Source: Vicugna vicugna (taxonomy: Eukaryota). Taken from it: 64,000 nt of DNA. The stretch covers positions 1,302,001 through 1,366,000 of the forward strand of contig MU058636.1 of NCBI GenBank assembly GCA_013265495.1, written 5' to 3'. Position numbers and translations under genes: made by a program. The first letter of the stretch is position 1. The number at the start of each line of letters is the position of its first letter. The notes beneath the pieces were generated by a model. It searched no databases, was not told where the DNA came from, and worked only from the letters and a program-made list of their open reading frames with translations. Positions 26,074 through 37,955 of the stretch are shown one piece after another.

Positions 26074-28610
26074 CGAGCATCCCAGCTCCTTAGAAAAAGT
26101 GCAAAAGTTGCTGAGCTTAACTTGAGGAGGGGATTCCTTTTCAAATGCTTCCATTAGCCAACCCTTTCTTCTGTGGAAAGGGGAGAATAGAAAGAGATAG
26201 GGCCATAAAGTGACAACCTTGGATACAAACATGATCCATTCCAGTCCCACAGTTATTCAGCGATGCACATCTGAACTGCATTTTTTAAATCAACACATAT
26301 CTGCTGAATACCTCCAACTCATGTAGGCTTGTGGTAGACAAGGAGCAAGAGTCCTGCCTTCAAAAAGCTTGCCATCTAGTTGAGAGAGAAGATGTGTACA
26401 CAAATCATTTTAACTTAGTAAGTACCAACTGAGTGATTTATAGTATTATAAGGGTTTAGAGAATATAGTGATTGTTTCTCCTTTAGGTCATCCAAAAATG
26501 CTACCACATATTAGAGATTAGGGTCACTTGATCCAAAGGGAAAAATTGGAAAATCCCAAAGAGTAACTATAATTATATCTTTTAAGTAACATTTGCCTCC
26601 ATCTTATTCCTTAAACACCAACAAGTGTCATGCTACTTCTAAGCATTTGTACTGGCTGTTCCTTCTCCCTGGAGCCCTCTTGCCTTCACATGGTCACCTC
26701 CTCAAGGAAGCCTGCCTTGATGCCACCAGATTGCCCCCTCTCAGTGTAAGCCTGTGAGAACTGGACCCTTGTCTATTTGTAGAGCTCTGTCCCCAAGGCC
26801 TGGGAAAGAACAGTAAGTTCTCAATAAATAAATGTTAGTGAATGAATGGAAACTAATCAACATCTACTCTTTTAAGTATGTCCAACTCCAGAGCAAATAG
26901 AAGCAGAAGAATTCTGGCACATAGAGGTGTTTTATCTTGACAAATCAGCACAATGAATCTGAAGTTCCTGAAAATGCTCACAGATACTCTGCTGCTTCTC
27001 TGACTCTCCTATGGGCTGCAGGTTCCCATTTTCAATTCAGCATTTGCTCAGCTCTCGCAAGAAAATTCATCAGAGGAAGAAAAGAAAAGACAATGTACTT
27101 TTTGGACTCCAGAAAGTCTCAAGCACCTACGTCTAACTTCCCCAGTCGTAACTCTGATTTTCTTTATTGTGCCTTTCGGTTTTCCTATGGAGACAGCTTC
27201 TCACTTCATCCTGCCCTCTCCCTACGACCTACTTCTCAAAATGTTCAGGGTGATTTTTCTACATGGTTTCCCCGAGTTTAGCCATGTGCTTGGAGTTTGG
27301 TTCTAATGTATGATTCCACTGTCATTTTTTGCATCTTAGCATCCACCATGCTTCCTTGCTCTTGACCTTAATGAGCCTCCCTAGGGCACCTGGTGTGGGG
27401 GGAGCTTACCCCAGGGTGGGTTGTCTTGAGCCATGCAAGCTTGTCATGATTTGAGAGAAACGGACATGGCTTCCATTTCTTCCTTCTAAAAAACACTCTA
27501 TTAAAACAGCCAACCGGAGCAAACTTCACCAACAGCAAAATTTCCAAAATATATTTAGCATAAAGAAACTCAGATATGCCAGAAACTGTTAACGGTGATT
27601 TCCCATGACTGAGGAAGTGGGAATGGGTGAGCTGGGAACCAAGATGGAAGAGAGAATTTTCACTATACACTTCTTTATGCTTTTTGAGTTTTGAGCCATG
27701 CAAATGGATAACTATTTCAAAACTGAAGTAAATTGATTTTTTTCTAAAAATATAAGTAAAAGACATAGTTATGTGGCAATATTCTTAAATATTAGGCACA
27801 ATCTAAACAAGAATTTTTGTCAAGTAACTTACAACTCCAGTCTAACTCCGGTCTCTGCCTAAGCAGGACACACACTTGAACTGACACTTCCCTCCTTAGG
27901 ACTCTCCTCTGGCCCTCACGGGCTCAGATGCTGCGGGCTGGGAAAGACAACAGTCTCTTCACAAGAGGCCTTTTGTCTTCCTGTTTCAAGAGTCAAAAGG
28001 AAGAAGCTGTGGAGGAAGTGAGAGATGGGGAGAAGGGAAGTGAATCCAGGAATTCCTGTTCGTGTTCCTAGAGGTCCATCCTCAAGGCCAAACAGAGAGG
28101 AGGTAAGGTGACCACAGTCCCTCCCGTGGCCATGGAGTCAACAATCACACGATCAGCATCACGTAATCTCGCACCCAACCCCGTCCCCAGAACAGCCCCG
28201 GGCTTTTCCCAGCACAGGAACAGTCTCGTCCTCCCAGGCACTTCTGCTTTTTAACCTTTTCTGAGGTTTTTGGTAGGGCTTTTTTTTCTTTCCATTAGCC
28301 TTTCCCAATTCCCTTTGGTCAATTCTACCAAACATGGTAGAAATTTTACTTTTTTTTTTTTTTTTAAAACACAGGAGCAGATGTGTCTACTTTCTGGCAC
28401 AGAACTTGAAGATACACAAATGACATATTATACCAGAATTTCTTTTACTATGTCTTCCAGGTAACAGGGAAATGCGTGCCCATCTTTCTGAGGTCCAAGC
28501 CTGGGGCTGCTCTCCTGCCGACTGGGCACACTTTGTCCCCAGAACCACTGCTTCTTCCCCTCTGCTGCCGTAAGAAGCAAGGAGTTTTTTATTTGAAGAA
28601 CTCCACTGTT

Positions 28611-28702
28611 GGGGGTGGGGGGTAATATCTCAGTGGTAGAGCACATGCTTAGCATGCAGGAGGTCCTGGTTCAATCCCCAGTACTTCCATTAAAAAAAAA
28701 AA
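28611..28702 (+). mobile_element. vic-1-like SINE
   Basis: TCTCAGTGGTAGAGCACATGCTTAGCATGC...GGTTCAATCCCCAGTAC. TSD AAGAACTCCACTGT / AAGAATTCCACTGT. Confidence 0.9.
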
Positions 28703-29129
28703 GAATTCCACTGTCAATCATTATTAAGAAGTAGGAAATAGACAACCAAAATAATAAAGGGCAAAACAAACTTTATAAAGCTCTACAACAGTTAGCAGTG
28801 GTTGACCCCTGAAATACTAGCAGGTTTCAAGTTAATCAGGGTGTTAGAAGACTTGGTTGACTCCCTTCTCTCTGCCCCTGCACAATGTCCAGTCTGTGAT
28901 TCTGAACAAGCTCCAGTTTTCTCGTTATACAAAGGGGGAGACCCTGACTCCATCAGGTTGTGGGGAAGATTAAATGAGACATTGCCCCTAAGTACTTGGA
29001 ACTGCAGCCAGCCCCCAGGATGAATGAAATAAGAGAGTGCAGCTGTTCACTTGGAATCTTTCCTCTCGTCTCCTAGCAAGATAGTTACGTCAGAAGTGTG
29101 CATGGTTGCTGATTCAGAAAGTGATGAAT

Positions 29130-29575
29130 TCACAATAACAAAATGTGGGAACAATGCACATGTCCATTGATGATGAATGGATAAACAAAATATGGTAAAT
29201 ATATATGTGGAATATTATTCGGCCTGAAAAAGGAACAAAATTCTGACACCTGCTACAATACGGATGAGCCTTGAGGACACTGCATGAAATAAGCCAGTCA
29301 CAAAAAAACGAATACTGTATAATTCCACTCACGTGAATTGAGTAAAATAGTCAAATTCATAGAGATGAAAGGCAAGATGGTGGTTGCCAGGGACTGGGGG
29401 GAGTGGGGTTTAACGGGCGCAGAGCCTCTCTGGAGGATGACGAGGGGGTTTGCGGTATACACGGAAGTGGTGGCTGCACAACAGTGCGAATGTACTCGAT
29501 GCCACTGAACTGGATACTTAGAAGTGGTTACAATGCTAAGTGCTATATTATGTATGTTTTACTGAAATAAAAAAA
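29130..29575 (+). mobile_element. L1MB-like 3' end
   Basis: GATGAATGGATAAACAAAAT...GCCAGTCACAAAAAAACGAATACTG...GCCACTGAACTG. Confidence 0.85.
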
Positions 29576-29599
29576 CAGTCATTCAAAAACACTCACCAA

Positions 29600-29743
29600 G
29601 GGGGAGGGTTCGGCTCAGTGGTAGAGTGCATGCTTAGCACGCGCGAGGTCCTGGGTTCAATCCCCAGTACCTTCATTTTAATTAATTAATTAATTAAAAA
29701 ACAATTAACCCCCCCTCAAAAAAAAAAAAAGAAAAAGAAAAAG
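29600..29743 (+). mobile_element. vic-1-like SINE with long tail
   Basis: GGCTCAGTGGTAGAGTGCATGCTTAGC...GGGTTCAATCCCCAGTACC; (TAAT)n and poly-A tail. Confidence 0.9.
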
Positions 29744-30769
29744 ACCAAGGACTGTAGACAGACAACGATGTGTTCAGTTTATACTGAGTTCCTCTCCACT
29801 CTGGGCCCCGAGAGCACAGATCACTTCCGTGGACTTGCCTGGAGATTCACCTCTTCTGCCACCCAGTGTGGTTCTCCACCCTCAGGCTTGACTTCCCAGA
29901 GCTTCCATGGGCCCGCTCCGGGATCCTTGCTTGGTGCAGCAGCAGGTGCAGAGGCTACACACCAACAAGGCCTGCCTGTGGCTCAGCAGGAAGCCATGCC
30001 TCGTCCCCGCTCCCCTGCCCAGCTGTTTCTGTACCTCCCCTTCAAGGGCTCCCCTCATCCTCGGGAACCACCTTGACTGCCTCTTTTCCACCTGTGCTGA
30101 CCCTGTGGGCTGAGTGACTCAGCGTCTGGCTCGCCCACTTGGCCAGGCACTTGGCCCTGCGAGACGCAGCTTCCTGAATCTGCTCCCTGACAAGATTCAG
30201 AGTCTGCCAAGCAGCTGAGGTCATTCTCTGCCTGTCACCATCCCGAGGAAAAGGAGAGCAGAAGCCACCATTCACCAACGCTGGAAACTTGAGCATCATC
30301 CACGTCCACTTTCCCTCCTCTGCCCCTCCAGGCAGCCCAGTCAGTCCCACCTCTGGAACACCTAGTGTGTGTATTTCCTTCTGAACCTCCCTCCCATCCT
30401 GCTTCAGATCAGGGCCCACCATCCCCTCATGAGCTGCTGCACCAGCCTCTGGTCTGGTTTCTCTCCTCCAGTCTCTGCCCCTCCAGTCCTTTCTCCCCAT
30501 GATGGCCCGGTCTGGCGTCCCCAGATGCAAATCCGGTCCTGGTGCTCTCCCGCTGAGCAGCTTCCCCAAGTCCCCAGTGCTGGAGGGCCGAGCTGAAGTT
30601 CTTTCCCTGCCAGAATAGGTCCCTCACATCAGACCCCACCCTCCAGGCCAGCCCCGGCCCCTCCCCTAGCCTGCCCCACTCTATTCCAGCACACTGAGGG
30701 TCTCCTCCGGGGGGGGGCTTCTACTGCCTCTGCCTTCGCCTAAGCTGCTCCTTCCGCCAAGAACGAGCA

Positions 30770-30890
30770 CATGGCCTGGTTTTCCCAGAACACTCTCTGT
30801 TTACACTTGTTGTCCGGTGTGATTATTAATAACCTTCCTTTCACTCTTCAAAGTGTCCTGATTGGCGCAAGTTATGTGGTCACACTACCT
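30770..30890. mobile_element. MER94-like hAT MITE
   Basis: TTGTCCGGTGTGATTATTAATAACC...TTATGTGGTCACACTA. Confidence 0.6.
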
Positions 30891-31344
30891 CTGCCCTAAT
30901 TCTTCACCTGGCAAATCTCCACTCGTCTTCCGTGAGCCGCTCAGTGTCGGAGGTCCTGGAAAGCCTTGCACACCTCCTGCAGGGAAATCCGCTGCCCCGT
31001 CAGTGCCTGCCAGCCTTCTCCGTGTGACTTCACGACAGCTACAAGGCACGTTGTCAGGGAACTGCTGTGCTGCCTCCCCTGCTAGACTCCTTGAGTCTTA
31101 GATACCTTTTCATCCCCAGTACTCAGACACAGCGTAGGTGGTCAATTAAAGTTTGCTAAGAGGAATAAAAAAAATGAATTCATTTATTCAGTGAGAACTA
31201 GAAGCCCAGCACTGTTCCAGGTTCTTGGCAAAACAGATGAACATTCGTATTCTCACGGCATTCACGTTTAAGTGGAGGAAACAGACGTGAGTTCGTTTCT
31301 GCACAGATCACTGGGGAGGGAGGGTACAGCCACAGGATCTCCTT

Positions 31345-31700
31345 TGACTAAGCAGGCTGGCTCCCGGAGCTGGGCTGGGGGCCAGCGTCCCTTGAGGCGT
31401 GAGGCTGTCTGAGGGACAAGGGCCAAACCCAGGTCAAAACAAGCTTCAGTCAGAAGGGAAGATGCAAAATGTGATGATGAAAGCCGGGTCAGAGAGAGGC
31501 TAGGATGCTGGCTTTGAAGATGGAGGAAGGGGGCACACAAGGAGTGCAGGTGGCCCCTCAGAGCTGGGAAGGCAAGGAAACAGGTCCCTTCCTAGAGTGT
31601 CCTGGAGGAAGCAGCCCTGTCGACACCTTGACCTTAGCCCAGGGAGACAGGTGTCGGACTTCTGGTCTTCAGAACCATTAGATAATAGATTTACATTCTA
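31345..31700 (+). mobile_element. MLT1-like LTR fragment
   Basis: GCTGGCTTTGAAGATGGAGGAAGGGG...CAGCCCTGTCGACACCTTGACCTTAGCCCAG. Confidence 0.75.
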
Positions 31701-33945
31701 AAACTTAAACGGTGGGTAAACAGTATCCATTTGGGGTAGGATTTGAGGGAAAGATCCACCTCCGGGCCACAGATGCCTCTGGTAACATCTTCCTACCATC
31801 CTGTCAGCATGCCTCTGGGACCGAACGTTGACCTCGTCTGGCCATCATTCAGGACGTTATCAGAAAGCCGTGGATGCACAGCCCCCGGGCACGCACCACA
31901 TCAGAGCCTGCTCCTATTTGCACGCGATCAGGATCGGTCAGCCTTGTCGTGAAAACTTCCCCTGACCATCCCTGCTCCCTAACTCTTACTTCAAGCACCA
32001 CCGCTGGTCATTTCTAGTCATCATCATATCAAATCTGTGGGTATCCCCAGGGAGATTGCTACCTTTCAAATATTAAAGTGGACACAAGTCAATAGACCCG
32101 AAAACGGCAGTGTGGGCTGCTCCGTGGACACAGTCCCAACAGGAGGCACCCAGGGGACAGCAACCACCACGCGAGGTCTCTTTAGGGTTAGGCTCGCCCT
32201 GGAAAGCCCTGAGTCCCTTTCCTCCTGGGCCTATTATTCACTGACTTGAGTATGTCTCAATCCTATAACCAAGGCACATCAAAGAAAATTTCTTCTCACT
32301 GTTTTTTTCCTTGAGAGATGAGGAAGCGTCAGTTTTATAGGTGAGAATATCAAATAGGCATTTTGATGACACCGATAATGAAGCTGGTTCTAGCAAATGG
32401 GAACTACATCAGGAAAGACTGAAAGAGTTATTTTGTGCTCTCTCCTTTTAATGCCTGGGTCAAAAAACTCAACCCAACCCCAGTTCTGCAACACTGCGTG
32501 AGTGTTCCGATAAGGTAGAACCCCACTGCATCCAACGACATGTTTGAACCTGAAACGTGTCACTCAACCTGCCCCCTTTCATTCCAGGAATCTAATTTAA
32601 ATAATTTTCCTGTTTCCAATATTGTGGTAGATTTCTTCCTTCTTCTCTTTTTCTTTTTATGAAAAATTTCAAACATATAAAAGAAGTAGAGAGAACAGTA
32701 AAATGAACCCAATTTACCCATCACCCACTTTTTCTACAAGAAGTTTTCATACAGTAAAATACACAGACTTTAAGTGTACAATGTGTTTCGATAAATATAA
32801 ACTTGTTTAACTGCCATCCCTAATCAATACACAGAATGTTCCCATCACCCCAGAAATATAAGCCATGTGGACATAATTAGTTCCTCTTTGACAGCAAGTG
32901 GGAACACAGTGAATGAATGAATGAATATGTTAACATTAGTTATTTAAAAAAAATCACCCACTGACTGCCAAACCTGAATCAACTGTTTAAGAAAACACAC
33001 ATCTGACACACTCTCAACTCAGGCATAGGTGATTTTAGTGCCTTGAGGACACTTGGGCGGGGAAGTTCATTTATAAAGCAATTGGGAATCGGCCTGGAGA
33101 TTAAGAGGATATACCCTGAATCTTGCCATCTTTTAGTTATTTTGTTCCATTATAGCGTATTTCTGAACTTGGAACGTGGAATTAAAAGGCTGCTTTTCTA
33201 CCATCAGAAATCCTTAAAAATACTTCTCTGCCATTACAAAAATCTGAAAACACATAAAGGCATAAAGAAAGAAATTAGAATCACCCATTTTTCTACCACC
33301 GAGACAAAATCACTGTTAAGGGTCTGCTGTGTTTCCTTCCAGTCTTTTGTCTCCACAGTTTGAAAGAGTCTGTCCTGGAGTGCGGGATGCCACTCTGGGG
33401 CTGAGGATGGGTGGATGCATAGAAGGAGAACAGTCTGTTTTCATGGTAAGCAGCGTGGTCTCTGTCTCCTCCTTGCTCCACTCTTCCTCAGCGGTTGACT
33501 CTCTGTTTTCTTTCCCCCATATTGTGCTCTGCTTCTTCGCCCACTGAACCCAGAGTTTTGGTCTTGTGATCCTAATTTGGGTCTTTACTCAGTCTCTGGT
33601 CCCTGATCAGGATCTCAGAGCCCTGTCACTTCAGATCCATTCACCTCACCAACTTGACTTTGAAACCAAATTCCTGGACCACATCTGATCTTTATCATAA
33701 TTTTCCCCCACGTATAAGCATTTTCCCATGGCATTAAAAAGCCTCTGTAAATTGAAATTGAATGGCTGCATATTACTCTCTTTTATGTTTGGCCATAATT
33801 CTCTCAACCATTCTCGTAACACTGACCTTATGCTAGTTTCAATTTGTCACTATTATGAATGATATTCCAGTGAATATCTTTGTAAGTAAATCTTTAACCA
33901 TATATCAGATTACTTTCTTAGGTCAGGTACATAGTAACAGTATTG

Positions 33946-33985
33946 ACGTAAAGCGAGGTTTAAAAACGTAAAGCGAGGTTTAAAA
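33946..33985. repeat. Perfect 20-bp tandem duplication
   Basis: ACGTAAAGCGAGGTTTAAAA x2. Confidence 0.95.
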
Positions 33986-36423
33986 ATATTTGATACATAT
34001 TGCTAACTTGATTTCTAGAGAGTGTGTGCAAGCTTACACTCCCCTAGCAGAGTACAGTGTGTTTACCTTGTTGTATCGTTGCCAACCTTGTGTACTGTTG
34101 TCAAAACAGAGAACGAAAGGGAATCTAGGACTAGAAAGAAGCTTTCTCAGCATGACTAAGAACATATGTTGAAAATGGACAGCTAGCATCGCAGTTAACG
34201 GTTTCAGACCAAACGCTTTCCCCTCAAGATCAGGAACAAAAGCAAGGAAGTATACACTCCAGCCACTTCCACTTAACAGCGCATTACTTCAGAATATTTG
34301 CTAATGTGGGGTACTTAAAATCACTGTGCATTTTAATTTGCCATCTCTTTGTTTCTGAGGGTACCTTCTCTTACGTTTATTAGCTATTTGTATTTCTTCT
34401 TCTGTGAGTGATGTATCTGTAGTCTTTGCCCAGGCTTCTGTTGGTGTCTATTTTTTTAGTTATTTCTGTGAGCACTCTATATTTTTGTCTTAAATATTTA
34501 TTTTTACAAATTTGTAGTTTGCTTTTTTCAATACCACATTTTTTGCGAAAGAATTTATTTTATTTTTAATAGTGTCAAAACTATTGAGTTTGTCTCTTTT
34601 TAAGTTGTTTTTATGCCTAACCATTTCTTCTTACAGTACTGCCTGGTGCTACAGAAACTACACTGCTTCCATATTCAAGGATTAGTTGGGTAGTTCAAAG
34701 CCCTATAACCAGTTTTCCTATGAAAGTAGTTCTTATATTCTGCATGATGTCATTTGTGTCATTATAGTGCATCAACATGAAAAACAAAAGGCTCAGAAAA
34801 TCTAATATGCAATTTTGGTTCAAAATTACAATGTGTGGGATTTATACTCGGTTCTGAGTGATATTTTCATCTATAATTTTCAGTCAAAAAGGTGGTGAGG
34901 GTAGTTATTCAAGAAACAAAGGAGCATAAAAATTTATGAAAGAATTTCACAGGGAATGATGGTTTAATTTGGACTGAAGGCTCACCTTACTAATTGTTCA
35001 AAATGGAAATGGAGAAGAGTTGTCTCCTGTTTGAAAACAGCTAAAGAGTAAACTGAATTAATTAGAACAGTTATTTTCATATGCCATCAATCAATAGAGT
35101 AAATATTGAGTGTATTACATATACATATTCATTATATAGCATATTGAGTATATTATTGAGTATTCAATTTTCCAAAGGTTGTTAGTCTAAAAGGGGAAGA
35201 TTTTTTAATGTTAGTCATTAAAGAATCTTTTATTTGACTTCATTTGTAGCTTAAGTCATGTACAATAACTCCAGGTTAATAGCTGATAAATTACTGTATT
35301 TTTATTATACTGCATATTCTTTCATCTCATAATGAGTTTGGATGTGAGTCAGTAAGACAAGGTGTACTTCACAGTAACTATTTTTCAGAATTAATGAAAG
35401 CATATGATGAATAAGATTTTTGACTTCAATATTCTCAACATAAAACAAAGGGAAAGTCCAGATGGAGCAATTTAAGAGAATAATTTAGAAGACAAAAGGA
35501 CAAGAAAGGATCCTGGATTACTGAGCTTCAAAAAGAATGCATCTATCAACTACAATTTCAAAATACATCCACGGAAAGAGAAGAAAATTGTACTACACGG
35601 CGCTGCTGAGAGTTGCTCCGAACTTGGATAGCCATAGCACAGTCTGAGCCCCGAGCTCCCTGACCCACTCTGTTTCCCCAAAGCTCAGTCAGTCCAGCCT
35701 TTCTAGAATTTGCTTTCTGTGCTGGCACAGTGCTTGCAGGTAGCAAGGACTCAATGAGCGGTAGCTGTTAACGAACACATTTTGGTGTTTTTTCTAAATT
35801 GTCTATATTGTGTTTTAGTTAGCTTCCTATCTGAGTCATGACTTTCTTGTTCAGCCTTTGTTTTCCTCATAGTTTCTAGCTTCCTTTTGTGTGTGTGTGT
35901 GTGTTTATGTAGTTATTGAAATGTCTTCACTTTATTATTAAGTAATAATATCCCATGTTCTTAAATATTCAATGTGTACAATGAAATTTATTTTCTCCCT
36001 AAAAATAATCTTCCTGGAAGCCTTTCACTTCCTGTTTCAGTCCGACCTGACCGCTGTCCACACCCGCTACACACATGAGCCCCTTCCTGGGCTCGTTCCC
36101 GGGCCTCTGCGATTCTCCCTGTCGGAGTCCTTCTCAGTTTGGAAGAAGCACATCCTCAGTTAACTTTGTTCAGAAAGGGAATATGTGGAGATAAATTTTG
36201 TGAGTGCTTCACACGTTTATTTTATCCTCACATTTGCTTGTTTGGACATAGTTTTAAGTTTGGGGTCATTGCTCCCTACGTTTTACCAAACGCTGTCACT
36301 GTAAATCATCTGATGTCAATTTATTCCTCATTTCCCATGAGAAACTGCTTTTCTTTCCTCTCTGTAAAAGTTAGAGATTTTCTTTGTGAACTTGGCATTC
36401 TGAACCTTGATCAGAATACATCT

Positions 36424-36427
<4 letters not shown>

Positions 36428-36473
<46 letters not shown>
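36428..36473. repeat. (TG)n microsatellite
   Basis: Perfect TG run. Confidence 0.97.
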
Positions 36474-36477
<4 letters not shown>

Positions 36478-37764
36478 CCCTTGTCTGTGGTCCTAGTTGA
36501 CTTTTTCAATCTGGACACTTGAGTTTTTCTTCAGTTGAGGGAAATTATCTTTAGTTATTTCTTTAAACATTTTCTTTTCATTCACTGTTCTCCCCTCCTG
36601 AAACTTCTATTAGGCAGATACTGAATCCTCTGTTTCTTAACTTTTCCTCATTTTTGCTTATATTTCTGGATATCTGTCTATATCTTCCAGATCACCATTT
36701 TATCTTCATTCAGACCTTCTACTTTTGAGTCTTCATTTTAGCAATCGTGTTTTTCATTTTTGAGAATTTAAAATTTTCTGGGTGCTCTTTTTTTTCATGG
36801 CCATCTGTTCCTATTCCTTTATCCAATAGATAAATTGTGTATCTTCTGGAGCTGAGATTAGAAAGCTCTGTTTGAAGTTTTGTCTCTTGTCTCCCACTCC
36901 CTGAAATGACGTGTTCTGCTTGTTCAAACTGGTCTTTCACAGCATCAGTTTCTTTTAAATCCCTTACAGTCTCTGACTGACACGGCTTGGCGTAGGAATG
37001 ATGGGATATATTGATCCTTACAGGAGACTTACATGCGTTCCCTTTCAAACAGGAACGGTCTCTTCCTCACCCCACTCCCACTGCAATAGGCGCTGGGTAA
37101 GCAGTCTGTGTAAATGTACCCGCTCACTTCTCAGAATTGCCAGAACAAATTTGAATCCCCTCTGAGAGGGCAGTCCTTTGCCTGGGACTCTGAGGGGGGA
37201 TCCTGAGTCTCAGTTCCTGCTCTGCCTCAGTCCGCTGCCCACATCCCTTCACCGTGGGATCTCCTCAGACACAGCTTTTATGTCGTCAGAGTCAGGACTC
37301 CCAGGGCTGGAGGTGGGGCAGGAGGTGCTGCTCCAAATATTTAATGGGATTTAATGGGGGTTGGGGACTAACTGACTGAGCCATTCTGTAGATGGGCCTG
37401 CAATTTCTCTCTCCTCTCCAAACTTGCTGACTCCAAGTCTTGGAATTTCTGCAGAGCTCTGCCAGGAAAAACAGCTCTTACTTCCAAGATGGCCTGAGGT
37501 TATCATTCTGCTCTGCTGTGATCCACTCTCTATCCACTTTCTATCTTCTATACATTTCCCAAAATGTCTTGTCCGTGGACAGTGCTCCCTTGTTTTCAAG
37601 GCCCCCGTGTCTTTCCACTGTTTTCCTATATCCTCTCCCATTTCCCTGGGATCTGCTCAGCTCTGGGCTTACATCTGGGAAGAAGACAGACACAGTCCCT
37701 GTTCTCATGGGGTTGATATTCTTGAGCAGTTGAACAGACAATCCATGGCATTAGCACAGTAAGT

Positions 37765-37955
37765 GCTGAGGAGGGATTCCCTGACCAGATTTACCCCATC
37801 TCCACCTGTCCCCTCTGACTTGTGTCCCATATGTGGACCTGCAGGACTGGCTTTCAGTTGGACTTGGCTTGTTGGAGGCACCAGTAGGAGATTGCAGGTG
37901 GCTGGCGTATTTATTACCCTGGCTTTCTCTCAGCGGCGTTGTTGCGGTTGGCTGC
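37765..37955 (+). mobile_element. LTR33-like fragment (5' LTR of the ERV-L)
   Basis: GGAGGCACCAGTAGGAGATTGCAGG...GTATTTATTACCCTGGCT resembles LTR33 and the copy at 41.1 kb. Confidence 0.55.

Noticed and set aside
28611..28690. tRNA-Ala gene call for the SINE heads
   Set aside because: A tails, TSDs and broken acceptor stems show that these are SINEs.
34638..35640. Exon-like + strand segments after good acceptors (LPGATETTLLPYSRISW...; ELMKAYDE...WITELQKECIYQLQF)
   Set aside because: Several stops, no clear donors and no recognisable domain. They cannot be distinguished from chance without a translated search.
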